From Candidatus Babeliales bacterium (lineage in GTDB: Bacteria > Babelota > Babeliae > Babelales > JBFXEV01): 64,000 bases of DNA. Position 1 is the first letter of the stretch, and every line of letters starts with the position of its first letter. The position numbers and the translations under genes are program-made. The stretch is from positions 137,994 through 201,993 of the forward strand of contig JBFXEV010000001.1 of assembly GCA_050179755.1 (NCBI GenBank), in the 5' to 3' direction. Of the stretch, positions 60,792-64,000 are shown in pieces. Under the pieces are notes generated by a model. It was not told the DNA's origin and ran no database searches. It saw only the letters and a program-made list of their open reading frames with translations.

Positions 60792-62117
60792 TTACTTAAT
60801 TTTAATACTAGTAAGATGCTTAATCAATGTCCAAATAATGCCATCTTTAATGCGAGAAGCATTAGCTCCAGAATCGGCAACACTATATTCAATAATGCCA
60901 TGATGCTTATGCACCACAAGCGTGATCCAATGCCGGCTTCCAGAAACCGATCCGGGCTTGCCGCTCATAAGACCAACCACAAAAGCGTGTATAAAATCAT
61001 CTACTTTTGCAAGACGCTCAGCTATCTCGATAATTTCTTTATATTCTCCTTCACCTTGATTCAAGAGCGGCACGTTATCAATAATAGTTATGCCATCAAA
61101 ATGAACTGGTAAATCTGCAAGCAATCCACCAACTTGCTGTTCATGCTTAAGTAAAAGGCCAATTTCATTTTCATTGACCCAATCACCTTGTGCATCAAAC
61201 TTGTTATCAGGATGTGCTGCATTATACTGTTGAAGCGCTTCAGCTTTTGAAATTTCAAATATATGTTCAGCATTTATTGTATTTTCGGGCACATATAATG
61301 CAAGCGCCTCATCACTTTTTGCATAGGCCACAAAATCAAAATTCTCGAGCCCTTCAATATCACCTTTCATAATTCGCTGAGACTTTTTGACTGCGTCAAT
61401 AAACAGAGCACGCGTGATAGTAATTTTTGTGCTCGCTTCTAAAGGTTGGCCCTCAAGTGCAGAGAATAATGCTGCCACTAATTGCGGGCTTAGCTCAGTT
61501 GCTAGCACGCCTTGGTAAAAGCCACGAATTTTTGTTTTAAAACGGTCTTGTAATTTCTGATCAAGATGTTGCGCCTCAAGTGGAACTTCTACATGCTGCA
61601 CGTCATTATAAGAAATTAACAATGCATACAATTTTTGATCAATATGCCATTTGATCGCACGGCGATACGTATTTTCTAGCACTAATTTACGCCAACCGCC
61701 TTTAGGGTCTTTTTTATTAAATAACTGCTGTACAATAGAAAGATCAGTAAGCTGCGGTTGCCCTGCTTTGCCAGACAGCATGCGGCATATATAGATAGCA
61801 TTTTTTAAAGATTGATAACCACAACTTGCATCGCCACCATGATCAGCAGATCCATATTGATTAAGTACGTGCAATTGCTTAATAGTGGGCCCCCAAATGG
61901 AACCGTACACTGCACGATTAGTGCGCATTTGCTTGGCCGCATACACACCTGCTCCTGCAAGTGCGCCTACTGCAAGCAATGCACCAGAATGTTCTTTTGC
62001 AAAGTTTAATGCGCGATCAAAATAATTCTGATCGCCATCCCCTGAATCCATAGCATGAGCTGGGAATGCTATGCACCATAGAGATATAAACAAGATAATG
62101 TGTTTAACTATATTCAT
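60792..62117 (-). CDS. Exported papain-fold cysteine-protease-like protein (Cys-His-Asp); paralog of 28542-29894
   Basis: Signal AHA-MDS; NQ...ASCGYQSLKNA, RHWITLV...VADSG. Confidence 0.65.
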   Translation of the reverse strand: MNIVKHIILFISLWCIAFPAHAMDSGDGDQNYFDRALNFAKEHSGALLAVGALAGAGVYAAKQMRTNRAVYGSIWGPTIKQLHVLNQYGSADHGGDASCGYQSLKNAIYICRMLSGKAGQPQLTDLSIVQQLFNKKDPKGGWRKLVLENTYRRAIKWHIDQKLYALLISYNDVQHVEVPLEAQHLDQKLQDRFKTKIRGFYQGVLATELSPQLVAALFSALEGQPLEASTKITITRALFIDAVKKSQRIMKGDIEGLENFDFVAYAKSDEALALYVPENTINAEHIFEISKAEALQQYNAAHPDNKFDAQGDWVNENEIGLLLKHEQQVGGLLADLPVHFDGITIIDNVPLLNQGEGEYKEIIEIAERLAKVDDFIHAFVVGLMSGKPGSVSGSRHWITLVVHKHHGIIEYSVADSGANASRIKDGIIWTLIKHLTSIKIK

Positions 62118-63202
62118 TTTCGTACCTCTGTCTCATCATCTTCTAACTCATCACAGAAAGCATCTAGCTCTGCATCGCTTAACTTGCAAATTGCTTTAAT
62201 AACATTACGCGTAATTACGGGGCGATACTGCTCAATTTTTTTAGGATCAACCAGATCGCGTATTTCATCTTTTGCTTGAATTTGTATTTTACGATCTTGC
62301 AATAACGCATCTATGCTGCTCAATCGAGCATCTATTACCTTTTGAATCTCTTGCTGTAGTGACTGCATTGCGTTTGTATCTTCTTGTGCTACTTCAAGTA
62401 AATTTGCGCAAACTACTTTGGTCATCTTAAAATGATTAAGTGAACAAAACAAGGACTGTTCAAGCATGCATTGAACTGCCTGCGCATTACCCTTTTTTAC
62501 TGCTACATACAATGCTGTTTGGCCACTTGAATTCGTTAGATCAATTCGAGCGCCCCGCTCTAGAAGTTGGGGCAGCAATGCACTATGCCCTTCTTCCAAA
62601 AGCATATGTATCGCTGTATCACCATCATTAGTTTGCGCATTGAGGTCTACATGTGCTTTGCAAAACAACTGCACCACGTCGGCAGCACCAGTTCGCGCTG
62701 CCCAGTGCAACGGCGTGCAACCATCTGCATCTTTTACATACTGCCTTTGTACATTTTCAAAAATAATTTTTGCTAAGTTTGCACGATTAAAAAGAGCTGC
62801 AAAATGCAATTGCGTAAACCCATGAAAATCCTCGGGTTGCAAATGTGCGCAATCGGCAAGAATAAATGTATCAATTTTTGCATCATCTTCCACATAAGAA
62901 CTTGCAAGATCAGACTCTTTTATAAGAGCTACCAGTTCACTTTTAACGTAGTCTACGGTAAGTAATTTTTTGCTCTCTAAAGCTTGTGTAACTCGCGATT
63001 GTCTTTGAGCATTGCGCTCATGCACTGCTACCTGTGGAGTATGTTTTATTGATGGCTTAAACACAGAACTAACAGCCCTGCTAATCCTCATTTTTAAGCG
63101 ACCAAATAAACCCTTATCACCGTTGCCTGAATCCATAGCGCGGGCAGGGAAAACAATACAAAATAAGAATAAAATAAGGGTGATTTTCTTAAAAATATTC
63201 AT
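62114..63202 (-). CDS. Exported ankyrin-repeat protein
   Basis: Signal ARA-MDS; GFTQLHFAA, GCTPLHWAA, GDTAIH, GQTALYVA. Confidence 0.88.
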   Translation of the reverse strand: MNIFKKITLILFLFCIVFPARAMDSGNGDKGLFGRLKMRISRAVSSVFKPSIKHTPQVAVHERNAQRQSRVTQALESKKLLTVDYVKSELVALIKESDLASSYVEDDAKIDTFILADCAHLQPEDFHGFTQLHFAALFNRANLAKIIFENVQRQYVKDADGCTPLHWAARTGAADVVQLFCKAHVDLNAQTNDGDTAIHMLLEEGHSALLPQLLERGARIDLTNSSGQTALYVAVKKGNAQAVQCMLEQSLFCSLNHFKMTKVVCANLLEVAQEDTNAMQSLQQEIQKVIDARLSSIDALLQDRKIQIQAKDEIRDLVDPKKIEQYRPVITRNVIKAICKLSDAELDAFCDELEDDETEVRK

Positions 63203-63221
63203 TTTTGAAACGCCCTTATCA

Positions 63222-64000
63222 CTAATTATTGCTGTTATTAATTGACGATATTGGTTCTATACCCATTAATGCTGCTCGCACATTTTGCTCAACAGCTTCG
63301 CGGTAAAGCTCATCAACATTCTCCGCTTTCATAAAATCAAATGTTCGCGCAACGCCAGGAATTCCATGAACATGCCTCCAAAATGCTGCCCCTAGATCAA
63401 ATTCAATATCCGGATTTTCAGTAAGAAATTGTCTTAGCATATTAAGTCTATAATCAACAATAACGGGAACCAACTTGGCCAATACTCTTGGCCTTGTAGC
63501 AACAGGAATATTTACGCATAATTCCTGAAACCATTCAAATGGGCACATTGCCACCAATTGCTCTAATGATGATTCACTCTGAACGTATGCTAATTGACAC
63601 ACATTTGAAATATCTTCTGGCAAGAATGAAAGAATTTTGCATATAACGTTATCTGGCAAGTCAATTATTTTTAATACTTGGTATGCTGCATCAAATCGAG
63701 CCCCAGCCTCCAATGAACCATTGCTTGCGGGAGTAAAAGATGCGTTTTCTAATAAAACTTTAATTAGTTGGCAGTGCTTGTCAGTTGGAGGTGGCAAAAC
63801 AATGTAGATCATACTCTCAATATTTGATCTATTAATTTTATACCCGCAATTAAAAAAGAAATCCATTACCTTAACATCTCTCTTTTCTAGTGCCCGCACA
63901 AGAGCCCATTGAGCTTCTCTAGAATCAATGTCAATCTCACCATCTCTCATAATTTGTTTGGCAAGATCAAAATTGTGTACTTTTAATGCATTGGCAAAAA
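63222..64000 (-). CDS. Ankyrin-like protein with F-box-like motif; 5' end outside the window
   Basis: Frame stays open upstream of 63950 to the window edge; LPDNVICKILSFLP matches the F-box pattern LPxEixxxIlsxL. Confidence 0.65.
   Translation of the reverse strand, partial: FANALKVHNFDLAKQIMRDGEIDIDSREAQWALVRALEKRDVKVMDFFFNCGYKINRSNIESMIYIVLPPPTDKHCQLIKVLLENASFTPASNGSLEAGARFDAAYQVLKIIDLPDNVICKILSFLPEDISNVCQLAYVQSESSLEQLVAMCPFEWFQELCVNIPVATRPRVLAKLVPVIVDYRLNMLRQFLTENPDIEFDLGAAFWRHVHGIPGVARTFDFMKAENVDELYREAVEQNVRAALMGIEPISSINNSNN

Overview
AT-rich bacterial chromosome segment, most consistent with an intracellular protist parasite of Candidatus Dependentiae (TM6/Babelota). The taxon is inferred from gene content. 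Housekeeping genes include GH3 nagZ-like, tkt, pgi-zwf-gnd plus a cyclase, rseP, ppa, nrdAB, namZ-like, hppA, truB, murE, an alanine/glycine symporter, ruvX, tsaB, rsmE and gpmI. They are interleaved with many Sec-signal, effector-like proteins: ankyrin, Skp1/F-box-like+WD40, papain-fold proteases, clostripains, a beta-helix protein and exported thioredoxins. Main highlights: (1) two copies of a TA-flanked, 460-570 bp non-coding element built from inverted three-hairpin modules with compensatory base changes; (2) a predicted mature N-terminus of Met-Asp/Glu/Asn/Gln in about 14 exported proteins or remnants; (3) a candidate ubiquitin-hijacking kit of Skp1-like/F-box-like/WD40 fusions with NLS-like tails and two Josephin/CE-like Cys-His-Asp proteases; (4) an operon of four secreted disordered proteins ending in an FF motif, one truncated by a 7-nt duplication; (5) a class Ic (Mn/Fe, Tyr-to-Phe) ribonucleotide reductase; (6) a signal-bearing deoxynucleoside kinase-VOC fusion. 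No rRNA, tRNA, CRISPR array or transposase was recognised. All calls come from reading motifs by eye, with no database searches.
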